A program made the translations under genes and the position numbers. Shown piece by piece: positions 1 through 11,665 of a stretch of DNA of 64,000 bases. Under the pieces are notes generated by a model. The model searched no databases and was not told the origin of the DNA. It saw only the letters and a list, made by a program, of their open reading frames with translations. Numbering within the stretch: the first letter of the stretch is position 1; each line of letters starts with the position of its first letter. Source of the stretch: Eledone cirrhosa (taxonomy: Eukaryota); contig OZ024744.1 of NCBI GenBank assembly GCA_964016885.1, positions 55,862,001 to 55,926,000 on the forward strand, written 5' to 3'.

Positions 1-246
1 AATGAAAATATTGTGTACAGTGCTCAGGTGCACTACAACTCATCAAAAGTGTATGTATAGTACATAGGGTAATGTACAAATGCCAGGAAAATGAACAGAG
101 CACGAGTCATGATATACACATGTGTGCATGTGTACGGAAGGGGTACATCAGGTGTAGTTTTGGCGAATTTTGGGAAGCATGAGGGTTTTAAAGGATGCAG
201 TGTCTCGGTAGCTAACAACTGATGCAGGCAGTTTGTTCCATGCTTC
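1..246 (-). mobile_element. CR1-like LINE 3' end fragment
   Basis: Minus-strand translation EAWNKLPASVVSYRDTASFK resembles the WNxLPxxVV...FK C-terminus of CR1/L2-group ORF2, followed by 3'UTR. Confidence 0.65.
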
Positions 247-837
247 AAAAGGGGACAAGCAAAGTGGTTGTATTCTCAATAGCTTAAGAGCAGGGCTCAG
301 GACTGGAACAGACTATCTTTTTTTTAGTATCTCACTAGTATTTACATTCCAACTGTCACTCTAGGATTATCAGAAACTACAGTTGGCTTCAGTGGGGACT
401 GAACTTAGAAACATGAAGTCCTCTAGTAAGAGCTGGCACCTGGATATACCTTCTCCCAAATAAAATTATTTCAGTTTACTGTTTGGTAAACTGATGAACC
501 TAGTTTTTTTTTTACACTTCTTGCTCTTACTAAACTAAGAAAATTACTAAGCCAGCATTTACTACACCAGTCCACACTCACTCATGCAAAATCTTGTCAC
601 AGGTCGTAACAACATACAACACTACCACTTTGAATATTTCTACAATGCTGCTACATAGCAAAAGTGTCTAGGCATTGCCACTGCCACGCCATTAAGTACA
701 ACAACCATGACTTTCTTTTTTAAAATCAAGTTAGATTGGCAACTGTTTAAACTTTGTGACTGAGAATTAGAAACAACAACAACAATAAACAAATGAAAAA
801 GATAAATATATAAATAGAAAAGACATCCATTCCTTAC

Positions 838-959
838 CGACAAGAAATTTATTCATCATGACCCAACGAAGAACTCCCTTAGCATCCTTGTAACAGGAAG
901 GAAACTTGTGTTCTGGTGCCAACCGATATTCAACGCTCACTACACAACATTCTGCGTTG
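838..959 (-). CDS. HSL-family carboxylesterase/lipase, coding exon 3 (YRLAPEH motif); further exons expected beyond the left edge
   Basis: Polypyrimidine tract plus TTACAG acceptor at 960 and GTAAGG donor at 837. The 122-nt exon is phase-compatible with exon 2 (GT+C=Val) and encodes NAECCVVSVEYRLAPEHKFPSCYKDAKGVLRWVMMNKFLV. No GDSAG exon was seen in the window. Confidence 0.93.
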
Positions 960-996
960 CTGTAAGAAGAAAAGAGAAAGGAAATATACATATAGG

Positions 997-1640
997 TGCA
1001 AGCTTGGCTGTGTGGTTAAAGGAATCTGCTTCACAACCACATGGTTTCAGGTTTGATCCCACAACATGGCACTTCGGGTTGACTAATGTCTTATGAATGA
1101 AATTTGGTTGATGGGAACTGCAGAAGACCATCGCATATATCATAATCAGTATCACTACTACCATTTTATGTCTATTTTCCATGCTGGCAAGGGTTTGACC
1201 GGTTGTCACATTCTGAGATTTAACAGATCATAAGACTACATCGTACTTATATGTTCCCTTTTGGCATGGTTTCTATGGCTGGATGCTCTTCCAAATGCCA
1301 ACCATTGTACAGTGTGAACTGGGTACATATTGTCATGGCACTGACACTAAAACCTTATAAGTTAGACAGTGTGCATTTTATTGTGACACCAGCACTATGA
1401 TTTTACAGAAAGGGCTGGATGTATTTTATCATGATGCCATAACTACTAGATATATAAGCATATATATGTGTGTGTGTGTGTTTATCCATGCCTGTGTTTA
1501 AATTTATATGTGTGTGTATATCCCATAACTTAGTAGTTTGGCAAATAGAGATTGATAAGATAAATACCAGACATGAAAAAATAAGTACTGGAGTTGGTAT
1601 GATTTACTAAATCCCTTTAAAGGATGTGTCCCAGCATGAA
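997..1640 (+). mobile_element. tRNA-derived SINE (family S1), interrupted by an RTE 3'UTR fragment (~1141-1450, minus) and a TG microsatellite
   Basis: A-box-like GGCTGTGTGGTTAA and B-box-like GGTTTGATCCC. Homologous heads lie at ~24710-24866(-), 32005-32180, 47775-47930 and 58701-58866; homologous tails at ~48030-48180 and 62050-62190. Confidence 0.7.
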
Positions 1641-1994
1641 ATACCAAAATAACCCCCCCCCCCCCCACACACACACACACCAATAATTATATTTTTCTCT
1701 GCAAACTACCAAAACATCTATTTGTATATGCACTACAATTTATGTACATGTTATGTTTATTACATATCGAAATTTTAAAAATCTTGGTTAATATTTGATA
1801 ATAGCTAAACTAATCACAACTAAATTGTCCAAATTTGCAAAGCCCCCTCTACCCCACCCCAATTCAGAAATACTTCCACTACCCCTGAGGACAACTCAAC
1901 ATGGTCACTGGACCAGCTAGAAATAGCAACCAAATCTCCCTCAAAACACATCCTACCATAAAAAATGGATTCATTTGGATAATGTAGTCTAGAG

Positions 1995-2335
1995 CAGGGG
2001 TTCTTAACCTGGTCCATGTGGACCACTAGTGGTCCACAGGAAAATTCAGATGGTCCACAGAAAATTTTCAATAGCAAATTCTTTTTTGATCCATGCATTT
2101 GACTTAAAGCGCTGTTCTTATTCTTCGCATAAGTACAACTTCAGCTGTTTATTTGCATAGATTTTTAGGCACTGTGACATGATAATAGTATTTTCTAATT
2201 CATTGAAAAAAAAAAACATCTACTGATGCTTATAAGTAGCAGTTCTATTACAAAAGAGTTAAAAGTTTAGGTGGTCCACAGGAAAAAATTACTTATTTTG
2301 GTGGTCCACAGCGAAAAAAAGGTTGAGAACCCCTG
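1995..2335. mobile_element. hAT (Charlie-like) MITE
   Basis: TIRs CAGGGGTTCTTAACCT / AGGTTGAGAACCCCTG; 8-bp TSD GTCTAGAG (1987-1994) / GTTTAGAG (2336-2343); subterminal GTGGTCCAC repeats. Confidence 0.9.
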
Positions 2336-2630
2336 GTTTAGAGTAGACTATTCCTGAAAATAAGACAGGATAGCTATAACTGAAATACCTTTGAACACAG
2401 GTCCGATTGGTCAAGAATAATATGGAGCCAAACAATAACAACCAGAACAGTTACATGTTAGTATACGAGGGAGAGGTTTTTTTAAAACCCTTTTGATATC
2501 AAACTGAATGAAGCTACCACTAGCTCTAAGATACTAAGCTCTATTTCAAAGTGTTCATATTTATCTAAAAACTTTCCAACATAATCTTGTGTAAGAACCA
2601 GAAAAATGAGATAGTTTATTATATTTTTAA

Positions 2631-2822
2631 TCCTTTAACATTTCAATTACTCTATATTTACTATTATATTTTCATGGTAAAATAATATCGAATCTATGAG
2701 ATATTGATATTTATTTTGAGAACAATACCTTAACATCGGTATGAGCAGCCAGTTATGGCTGGTTTGAACAGAAAGAGTTGAGAGAATTCTGGCCGGATAC
2801 AGTCGGTTTAAATGCTAAAGGG
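2631..2822. mobile_element. piggyBac-like MITE (TTAA TSD)
   Basis: TTAA|TCCTTTAACATT ... AATGCTAAAGGG|TTAA. A second copy lies at 43731-44422. Confidence 0.75.
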
Positions 2823-2871
2823 TTAAATCTCCCGAAATTTGGAGTGATTTAGTAATATTACTAAATTACTC

Positions 2872-2989
2872 AAACCTGCCAGATAGTCCTATACGAGCGA
2901 GACAGTCACCCGACCAATCTTGCCTCAAGTGGGACAATTCCAGTCTAAACCCATGCTCGCATGGAAGATAGACGTTAAACGATGATGAT
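2872..2989 (+). mobile_element. RTE-A LINE 3' terminal fragment
   Basis: Matches the last ~120 bp of the RTE-A copies, including the terminal stem-loop and GATGATGAT tail. Confidence 0.85.
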
Positions 2990-3321
2990 CTTCATTAGAA
3001 AGGGTTAAATATTTATAATTGTTCTTATACAGAGTTGTTGATGGCAGAGTTGTTAGAGAGTTGAATATTTCTTCCAGTTCTCTGAGTTCAAATCTCAGTG
3101 AAGTCCACTTTGGTTTTCATCCTTTCAGAGCATAGGTCAATTCATATTAGATTCAAAAGATGCAGGGGCATATATGTTGATGTGTTGCATATGAGTGCAT
3201 AATAGTGAGTTTTTTTATTAGATGAGAGGGTACTTAAAAAGTAGGATGTTTGAGTGTTACACCCTAATGTAAAACAAAATGTTATGTCCATCTCATGCTC
3301 AGCATAGAAAAGCATACATAA

Positions 3322-3720
3322 AATAACAATGGTGATGGTGGTGGTGGTGGCAATGATGATGATGATGATAATGATAATTATAACAGTGACAATGATGATA
3401 TTGGAGAAATGATGGTGATGGTGCTGGTGGTGGGTGCTGGTGGTGGGGGCAATGATGATGATGATGATGATAATGATTATAACAACAGTGGAGATGACAA
3501 TAATGACAATGCTGATGAAGATGATGGTAATGACGATATTGGTGATGGTGTTGGTGGTGGGGGCAATGATGATGATTATAACAGTGATAATGATGAAAAA
3601 AGTGACAATTATGATGAAGATGATGATATTGGAGACGATGTTGATGGTGATGACAGTGACAATGATGGTGATGATAATGGTGACAATGATGGTGATAGTG
3701 ACGTTGAAAGTAATAGTCAT
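3322..3720. repeat. Degenerate (GAT/GGT)n low-complexity repeat with internal block duplications
   Basis: GATGATGAT and GGTGGT runs; the block GCAATGATGATGAT...ATTATAACA recurs three times. Confidence 0.9.
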
Positions 3721-5714
3721 ATCAGGCAATCAGTGCTTTAATCAAAAGTCTACCCATGATTGAAATAACCTTATGGTTTCTGTTTCCCAGTAGTGACCAC
3801 CCCAACCTTTTAATTTTGCTCAAAACATAGAATATCAAAGAACTTGGCAAAAATCAAGAGAGATTTGGTTGTTACTACTAGCACGCTGAATAATAAGTTT
3901 AGAGGCAATAATTCTGACAGGGAGATGTTACTTCATAGTGAAAGTTAAGTCTGGATAGAGAGTATTTAAAGTAGGTCGTGTCTTTACAAGCTATATCCTA
4001 TTTCTATTTCCTTATATAACTTAGTAACACCCATCTAAAGTGTTGCAATTCAGACAGTCACAATTGACAAATTTATTGTCATCATTAACTCTAAACATCC
4101 TGTACCACATGAAACCACATTAGTAGAAGATTCTTGAAAAGTACAATACAGTATTATTAAAAAAAACAACAACAACAAAAAAAAAAACCAGTAAATTTTC
4201 ACAATTTGTCAACTAGTAAAAATAATATAAACATATGAATTAGCACACTTGTTTTTTAGATATTTATAGGCTAAATCATTACAGGATGTTAAGTGTTAAC
4301 CAAGAGATTGCCATAGGATCAAAACATTTTTTTTATGGATTAGACATACAAGGAAGGTAGTCCTTATAATACTTTTTCAAGACTTCTTAGGTGAATGGAA
4401 GTTTTCAGACTAAATACTGACATTTCAGGTAGATTTGGCACATATTTCTAGCAGGTTAAATGAACATAAAGACTCTTTTGTTGGCTCAGGTCCATGATAA
4501 TGTTGTGGGTTCTTGTCAGTGCCAGATTTAGGACAAATGAGGCCTTGTTAGTTAAGTTATGAAGGAGATGAAACATTTTTTTTACAGTAAGATGCACCCA
4601 TTCCCACCCCAACAGGGCCCTGTGTTAAAGCACACCTAAGCACAATGGTAAATCTGGCACTAGTTCTTGTGTATTACTTCAGATATACTTGTAGTATTTG
4701 AATACAAATGAGAATTTTATGGAATTTACTAAACTGAAAGCAGGACTACTCTGCTGACAAAACTAGTTTGTTGTTGAGTTGGAGAAGATGAGATACAGGA
4801 TTGGGATCACCCCCCCCCCCATCACCACCACCTTTCTATACTTATCAAGGGTTAGGAGGGTTGTTATGTCTTGATTATGCGCGCCATTTTTCCCATAGTT
4901 TCTACAGCTATGTTTTTCCTAACACTAAACCACTTTGCAGAGTGTATTGGGTGCATTTTATCATGCCACCAATACTAGAGAGATTGTCATGCCCTTGACG
5001 GGACTAAAGGGCTCTGGTTCATTCACCAACCACTTTACAGACTGTACTAAGTGCATTTTATTGTGGCACCACAGTCAGTGAGGTTGCCTTGTATACCACT
5101 AGAAAAGAGTAGCCACTAATCTCCACTTTCTCTGATCATTTATGCTTCTTTGCCCACTTATTCCAGAGAGGGTCATGGGGGGAAGAGTCCTCAAACACAC
5201 CTTCCAGCAAGTCCTGTCAGAAGCAACCGTCTCCAACTGATCTGGCTGGATCCCCAAGCGTAACCAACCAAGCTCATGGATATTATGCACTATCAAGTAA
5301 TGTTACTCCAAAGACCCCTCAGAGGAATCCCATTTCGGCTGCTTGTATTCATGATCATACTCTTTTGGTCATTACCCAAGATGCATGACAAAGAATAGAA
5401 GAGAAAACAATGTCAAAAGAAGAACAGGAGTATGATGATGATTGCAGTGACAGGACAACAGAAGTAAAAGTTGCGTGAATTAGACATTTCTGCAGTCGCT
5501 GTACTGGATCTTTAAACCTTTAAACACCAACCTGCTCAAAATCAGCTCTATTAAAAGTTATTTTTTATATTCAAATGTTGAACTGAAATCTCTTTATTAT
5601 AAGACAGATAATATAAAATTTCTGTATGTAAATATTTATCTTTTTATGGTGGATCAATAAAATTGTTCTAGTCAGACAAAATACTTTGCTACATTTAGTT
5701 ATAACCCATTACAC

Positions 5715-6085
5715 TCTGAGTTTAAATTCCACCAAAGTTAACCTTGCATTTCATCTTTCTACGGCAGATAAAATACAGTACTAGTGAAGCACTGAGGTCA
5801 ATATAATGGACCCCCCCCCCTCCAATTGCTGACCCTGTGCCTAAATCAGAAACAAGTTAGTTGGATAGTGGATTGGCAGAACTGGTAGAGCATCAGGCAA
5901 AATGATTTTCAGCATTTAGTTATGGCCCTTCATGTTCTGATTTCAAATCTTACCGAGGTCAACTTTGCTTTCCATCCTTCCACGGGCCAAAATAAAACAA
6001 CAGCAGCAGTAAAGTACTGACTTTGATATATTCATCTTTCCCTTCCCACAAATTGCTGGTCTTCTGCCTAAATTACAAATCCTTA
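5715..6085 (+). mobile_element. Two adjacent SINE copies (family S2)
   Basis: Motif GAGTT(C/T)AAAT..ACC(G/A)AGGT(C/T)AACTTTGC.TT(T/C)CATCCTT. It recurs at ~3040-3140, 20950-21072, 26190-26378(-), 32505-32720(-), 55515-55620(-) and 60190-60375(-). Confidence 0.7.
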
Positions 6086-6382
6086 ATATTGTTGAAAGTT
6101 AGTTATTTCACTAAAACTCTTATAATTCTTAATTATTTCAAGAACCAAAATACAAAGCCAGTGTATTCTTACTAGAAATGTGGTCACAAAAAGGTTAAAT
6201 GACCACTGCAACCTCTACCAGTCTCTTTTATTAAGCTTTCTTTGTTTCAGAAGCCTAGTATGTAGGTAGAGGTGTGTATCAATTGAATCCAGGGCAGGTA
6301 GGTAGTAGGTTAGGAGGTGTGTATGTAGGTGGGTTGGTAAGTAGAGGGGTATGTAGGTAAGTAGGTAGAGTGATAGATACGT

Positions 6383-6920
6383 TTCTTTATTAGCCACAGG
6401 AGCACAAAAGAAGGGGACAAATACAAAGAGGGAAGTTTACATACAATAAAAACGTGGAAAATATCACAAATACAATTTAAAAGTTAATCGATTTTCACCA
6501 ATAGGGGGAGACATTACATATGGGTAACACATACCCCCCCCCCCAAAAAAAAATGTGCAACCCTCATCTCCAGGAGAACGAAGAGTTTGTACCCCTTTCC
6601 TCTCCTCTTTTTCCTCAACCTACAGGCTGATATAGAGAGAAGGCCCATTCACTCGGGCCATTCTTGCCACTTTCACCCACCTTTCATAAAACTTGCTGGG
6701 GTACAGCACCTCTCTCTCCATCTTGATTCTTCTTCCAAAGTGGTATTTGAAAAAAAGAATCAGTTGTTGGCCAGAGAGAAAGGTGTCTGACCTCAGCCCT
6801 TTCAACCTTGTCCACCCTACAACCTCTTTCGCCATAGCTATCACACAAAGGAAAACCGCCTCTCCTTCGTTTTTGAAGGAGGGTGGCGGTTTGATCATGA
6901 CAATGGACTCGGTGGCCAAC
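6383..6920 (-). mobile_element. Tx1/L1-clade LINE 3' fragment
   Basis: ORF 6620-6919 ends LILFFKYHFGRRIKMEREVLYPSKFYERWVKVARM, resembling the Tx1-type ORF2 C-terminus (R.xLERE....F..RW). The 3'UTR ends GGCTAATAAAGAAA, and the fragment sits in a (TAGG)n-like tract. Confidence 0.55.
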
Positions 6921-6974
6921 CGGTAGATAGGCAGAGAGGTAAGTAAATGCAGACAATTACTAACTCCACAGGTA

Positions 6975-7420
6975 AAAATCCATCACCATCACCCATACCA
7001 ACATCAACGCCAACACAAACCAACATCACTATCAACACCACCACCACCAACCACGTCTCCAACATCACCACCACCACCAACAACATCACTATCAACAACA
7101 ACAACAACCACACCAACACCCACCTAACCCACCACCAACAACATCACTATCAACAACCACACCAACACCCACCTAACCCACCACCAACAACATCACTATC
7201 AACAACCACACCAACACCCACCTAACCCACCACCAACAACATCACTATCAACAACCACACCAACACCCACCTAACCCACCACCAACAACATCACTATCAA
7301 CAACAACAACAACCACACCAACACCCACCACCAACATCACTAACAACAACAACAACAACAACACTGCCATAATCATCAATAACAACAGCATTGCCATCAA
7401 CATTAACAACAGCAAACACA
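6975..7420. repeat. (CAA/CAC)-rich repeat with a 49-bp tandem unit
   Basis: ACATCACTATCAACAACCACACCAACACCCACCTAACCCACCACCAACA repeats at 7141, 7190 and 7239, with variants on both sides. Confidence 0.9.
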
Positions 7421-7498
7421 ACAGAAGGTGTGTTTGTACAGAAATTGATACAGGTAAAAAATCAACAGAACAAGAAAGAAAGAAAGAGCAACACTCAC

Positions 7499-7631
7499 AC
7501 AGCTAATATTTTACAGGTATCTTCACAAGTTTTTCTTGACCCCATTATAAATCCCCCACCGTGAAAGTAAACCATTATTGGAGAGACAAGCGGTGATTTT
7601 GCAGGGATATAAATTGATATTGGAATTCCAA
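7499..7631 (-). CDS. HSL-family carboxylesterase/lipase, coding exon 2 (HGGG oxyanion motif)
   Basis: Acceptor TTTTCAG at 7632 and donor GTGAGT at 7498-7493. The 133-nt exon encodes GIPISIYIPAKSPLVSPIMVYFHGGGFIMGSRKTCEDTCKILAV. Confidence 0.93.
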
Positions 7632-7752
7632 CTGAAAATGAAGAAAACAGAGATGTATATATATGTAAATACATGTATATATATGTGTGTGTGTGTATAT
7701 ATATGAATAAATATATATAAATGAATAGATATAATAATATATATATATACAT

Positions 7753-9818
7753 GACCCAATAGAGGGACCAGCAGTGTTAGTCGAAGGTAGTATAATAAGT
7801 AAGGCAATCAAAGATATGAAGACGGGTAAGGCAGCTGGGCCTTCGGAAATAGTTGCTGAAATGCTGAAAGCTTCTGGAACGGTGGGACACACCATGGTCA
7901 CCCGGATAGTAAACCAAGTCATACAGAATGGGGTTGTTCCGAAGGACTGACGTAGCAGCATCATCATTAACTGCTACAAGGGTAAAGGAGATGCCCTAGA
8001 TAGGAGTAACTATAGAGGCATTAAATTAATCAACCAGGTCATGAAGGTCACAGAAAAAGTAATAGAGCAACTAATCAGAGAGAGAATTGATCTAGATGAA
8101 ATGCAGTTTGGGTTTGTGTCAGGCAAAAGTACCACAGATGCTCTTTTCATTGTACGACAACTACAGGAGAAGTACCTAGCTAAAAGTAAACTCCTATACT
8201 TAGCTTTTGTCGACTTGGAGAAAGCCTTCGACGGAGTCCCCCGTTCCATTATCTGGTGGGCTCTTAGAAAACTAGGTGTTGATGAATGGCTTGCGAGAGC
8301 TATACAAGCCATGCATAAAGAAACAGTCAGCAAGGTTAGAATTAACAACGAATATAGTGAAGAGTTTAGCGTAAAAGTTGGTGTTCATCAGGGCTCCGTT
8401 CTTATCCCCCTACTATTTATTATTGCCCTTTAGGCTATAACAGTGGAGTTCAAGACCGGCTGCCCATGGGAACTCCTATACACAGATGATCTAATGCTCA
8501 TAGCTGAATCAATGGCCGAACTAGAGAAGAAATTCCAAACATGGAAGCATCGCCTAGAATCAAAAGGCCTTAAAATTAACCTGTCTAAGACTAAAGTTCT
8601 AGTTTGTAGGAAGGAAAATAGGGCGCCGGTCCCATCCGGGAAATGGCCATGCTTAGTGTGTAGGAAAGGAGTAGGTAGAAACTCCATTTTATGTCCCAAA
8701 TGCAAAGTATGGGTGCATAAAATATGTAGTGGGATCACAGGTTAGCTAACTAAGAACATAGATTTTATATGTGGCCGGTGCTCTGGTGCAATAAGTAGCA
8801 GCAAGTGCCCATTGAATACTAGCTCTTTCAATTGCACAGATGGTTCTATAGAAATAGTGGACAGCGTCCGTTACCTGGGTGACAAAATAAGCAGTCGGGG
8901 AGGGTGCTCTGAAAGTACAGTAGCTAGAGTCAGAACTGGATGGAAAAAGTTCAGAGAGCTTATACCACTATTAGCCGCTAAAGGGTTCTCCCTAAAAATG
9001 AAAGGTAGGCTGTATGATGCCTGCATACGAACAGCAATGTTGCATGGCAGTGAGACCTGGGCATTGTGTGCAGAGGATATACGCAGACTAGAGAGGAACG
9101 AAGCTTGCATGCTCCGTTACATGTGTAATAGTAATATACGTGAACGGCAAAGCATAAACGAACTAAGGGAAAAATTAGAAATAAGAGGGATCAGATGTTG
9201 TTTACTCGAGAGAAGGCTACGTTGGTATGGTCACGTGATGCGCAAGAAAAACAACAGCTGTATAAAAAAGTGCAGGGCAATAAGAATAGACGGTAGCCAC
9301 GGAGTAGGCAGACCCAGAAAAACCTGGGACGACTTGATAAATTCCGACCTCACACACTTACACCTCTCCAAGACAATGTCACTGTACCGAGATCTTTGGT
9401 GCCACACAGTAATAGAGAAGACCCGCCTTACCTAAATACATAGTAAAACCTACTACAGTCAGTAGGCACCTCTAACAAAATACACCCCGTCCCACTATCC
9501 CCACCCCATCCACACCACCCCTTTCAATGTAAAGCTATGTTGGTACCAACATCCAGGCCGAAACAAATGAGGTCGTGTAGGTGTCACGACAAAAAAACAC
9601 AGTCCACGCTGTAATGAGGCCGTGTAGTTAACACGGTAAAAACCTCCCAGTTCCACACTGTAAATGTGGTTGGTGTTAGGAAGGGCATCCAGCTGTTGAA
9701 AACCCGCCAGACAGTCCTATGCAAGCAAGAGAACCACTCTTGCCTCAAGTGGGAAAACCCCCGTCCAAACCCATGCAAGCGTGGAATATGGACGTTAAAC
9801 GATGATGATGATGATGAT
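7753..9818 (+). mobile_element. RTE-clade LINE family A, 5'-truncated copy 1 (disabled RT)
   Basis: RT motifs NYRGIKL, QFGF, FVDLEKAFD, GVHQGS and YTDD, with in-frame stops (e.g. 7948, 8431). The 3'UTR ends in (GAT)n, and both flanks are TA tracts. Confidence 0.95.
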
Positions 9819-9838
9819 ATGTATATAATGTATATATA

Positions 9839-9997
9839 ATCATCATTTTACGTCCGCTTTTCCCTGCTTGCAAGGGTGGGACGGGTCTTATTCAGCACAG
9901 CATCTCTCCACTCGTCACGGTCCCTCGTCATCTCCACCGTGAGCTTCAATGATCTGAGGTCTGTTCTCACCATCTCCGCCCATGTTTTTCCTGGTCT
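9839..9997 (-). mobile_element. RTE family B 3' fragment
   Basis: RPGKTWAEMVRTDLRSLKLTVEMTRDRDEWRDAVLNKTRPT plus tail; nearly identical to the end of 53005-54212. Confidence 0.9.
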
Positions 9998-10102
9998 ATA
10001 TAAATATATATATACATTATATACATATATAAATATATATATATACATTATATACATATATAAATATATTCATATATATATACACAAATATATATATATA
10101 TA

Positions 10103-10424
10103 CACATGGATTAGTGGTTAGAGCATTGGCCTTGCAATCGAAAGGTTGCGAGTTCAATTCTCAGACCGGGTGATGTTTCCTTGAGCAAGACACTTTATTT
10201 CACATTGCTCCAGTTTACTCAGCTGTAGAAATGAGATGATAGGGACTGGGGTCCCTATCATTCCACAGCAAAGTGGTTGTGGAGGTGCCACGGCAAAAAA
10301 GCACCCAGCACTCACTGTAAATGAGGTTGGTGTTAGGAAGGGCATCCAGCTGTAGAAATCAAGCCAGAATCAGTTCCTGTCCACCCTTGCAAGCAGGGAA
10401 AAGCGGACGTAAAATGATGATGAT
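10103..10424 (+). mobile_element. tRNA-derived SINE (family S3) with RTE-derived tail
   Basis: A box TAGTGGTTAGAGC, anticodon-like arm CCTTGCAATCG and B box GAGTTCAATTCTC. The 3' half matches RTE 3'UTRs and ends in (GAT)n. A second copy lies at 41726-42033(-). Confidence 0.88.
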
Positions 10425-10617
10425 ACATTATATATACATTATATAAATATATATATACATTATATACATATATTTATATATATATTTATATATATGTATA
10501 TAATATATATTTATATATATGTATATAATATATATATATATTTATATAAATGTATATAATATATATATATATTTATATATATGTATATAATATATATATA
10601 TATTTATATATATGTAT

Positions 10618-11259
10618 ATAAACGAACTAAGGAAAAAATTAGAGATAAGAGGGATCAGATGTTGTTTACTCGAGAGAAGGCTACGTTGGTATGGACACGT
10701 GATGCGCATGAAAGTCGATAGCTGTATAACAAAGTGCAGGGCAATAAAGATAGACGGTAGCCACGGAATAGGCAGACCTAGAAAAACCTGGGACGAGCTG
10801 ATAAACTCCGACCTCACACACTTACACCTCTCCAAGACAATGTCACTGGACCGAGACCTTTGGCGGTACTCAGTAACAGAGAAGACCCGCCTTGCCAGTA
10901 GGCATCTCTAACAAAATACACCCCGTCCCGCCACCTCCCCCACCCATCCACACCACCCGTCCTATGTAAAGTTATGTTGGTGCCGCGCCATCCAGGCCGA
11001 AACAAATGAGATCGTGTAGGTGTCACGACAAAAAAACACACAGTCCACGCTGTAATGTGGCCGTGTAGGCAACACGGTAAAAACCTCCCAGACCCACACT
11101 GTAAATGTGGTTGGTGTTAGGAAGGGCATCCAACTGTAGAAAACCTGCCAGACAGTCCTATGCGAGCAAGACAATCACTCTTGCCTCAAGTGGGACTACC
11201 CCCGTCCAAACCCATGCAAGCGTGGAACACGGACGTTAAACGTTGATGATGATGATGAT
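10618..11259 (+). mobile_element. RTE family A, 5'-truncated copy 2
   Basis: INELRKKLEIRGIRCCLLERRLRWYGHVMRM...GRPRKTW followed by the 3'UTR and GAT tail. Confidence 0.95.
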
Positions 11260-11665
11260 TATATATATATATATATACACATTATATATATATATATATA
11301 TACACATTATATATATATAAATACATTATATATATATAAATATATATACATTATATACAGAAACCCAAGAAGCTAGATTTACCATCTTTCTAGCGGTTCC
11401 GGGTATGCTTTTTACATTCATTTGTTTTATTGATTTATTGATATTTTATCTGAGTGTCCCGAATCTTCCATATCGCAATTTTTCGGTCGTATGGTTGATT
11501 GTAGACATATTCTACGCGTGAGGGTATTTTAACGATAGTTATAGCTCTGATTTATCTGAATTATGGAGCCCTCTGCCGCTCATCTCGAATTTTGTTTATC
11601 GTGAACTCGTGCGCCGAATTTTCGATACTCGATTATTCTACTACATTATATATATATATATAAAT

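Noticed and set aside
3142-3763. Asp-rich, Met-rich and Ile-rich ORFs
   Set aside because: Translations of an intronic (GAT)n repeat, with no splice or domain support.
6947-7225. Thr/Asn/His-rich mucin-like ORF
   Set aside because: Translation of the (CAA/CAC) repeat.
10103-10185. tRNA-Cys gene
   Set aside because: There is no proper acceptor stem, and it continues into a SINE body and LINE tail that are present in several copies.
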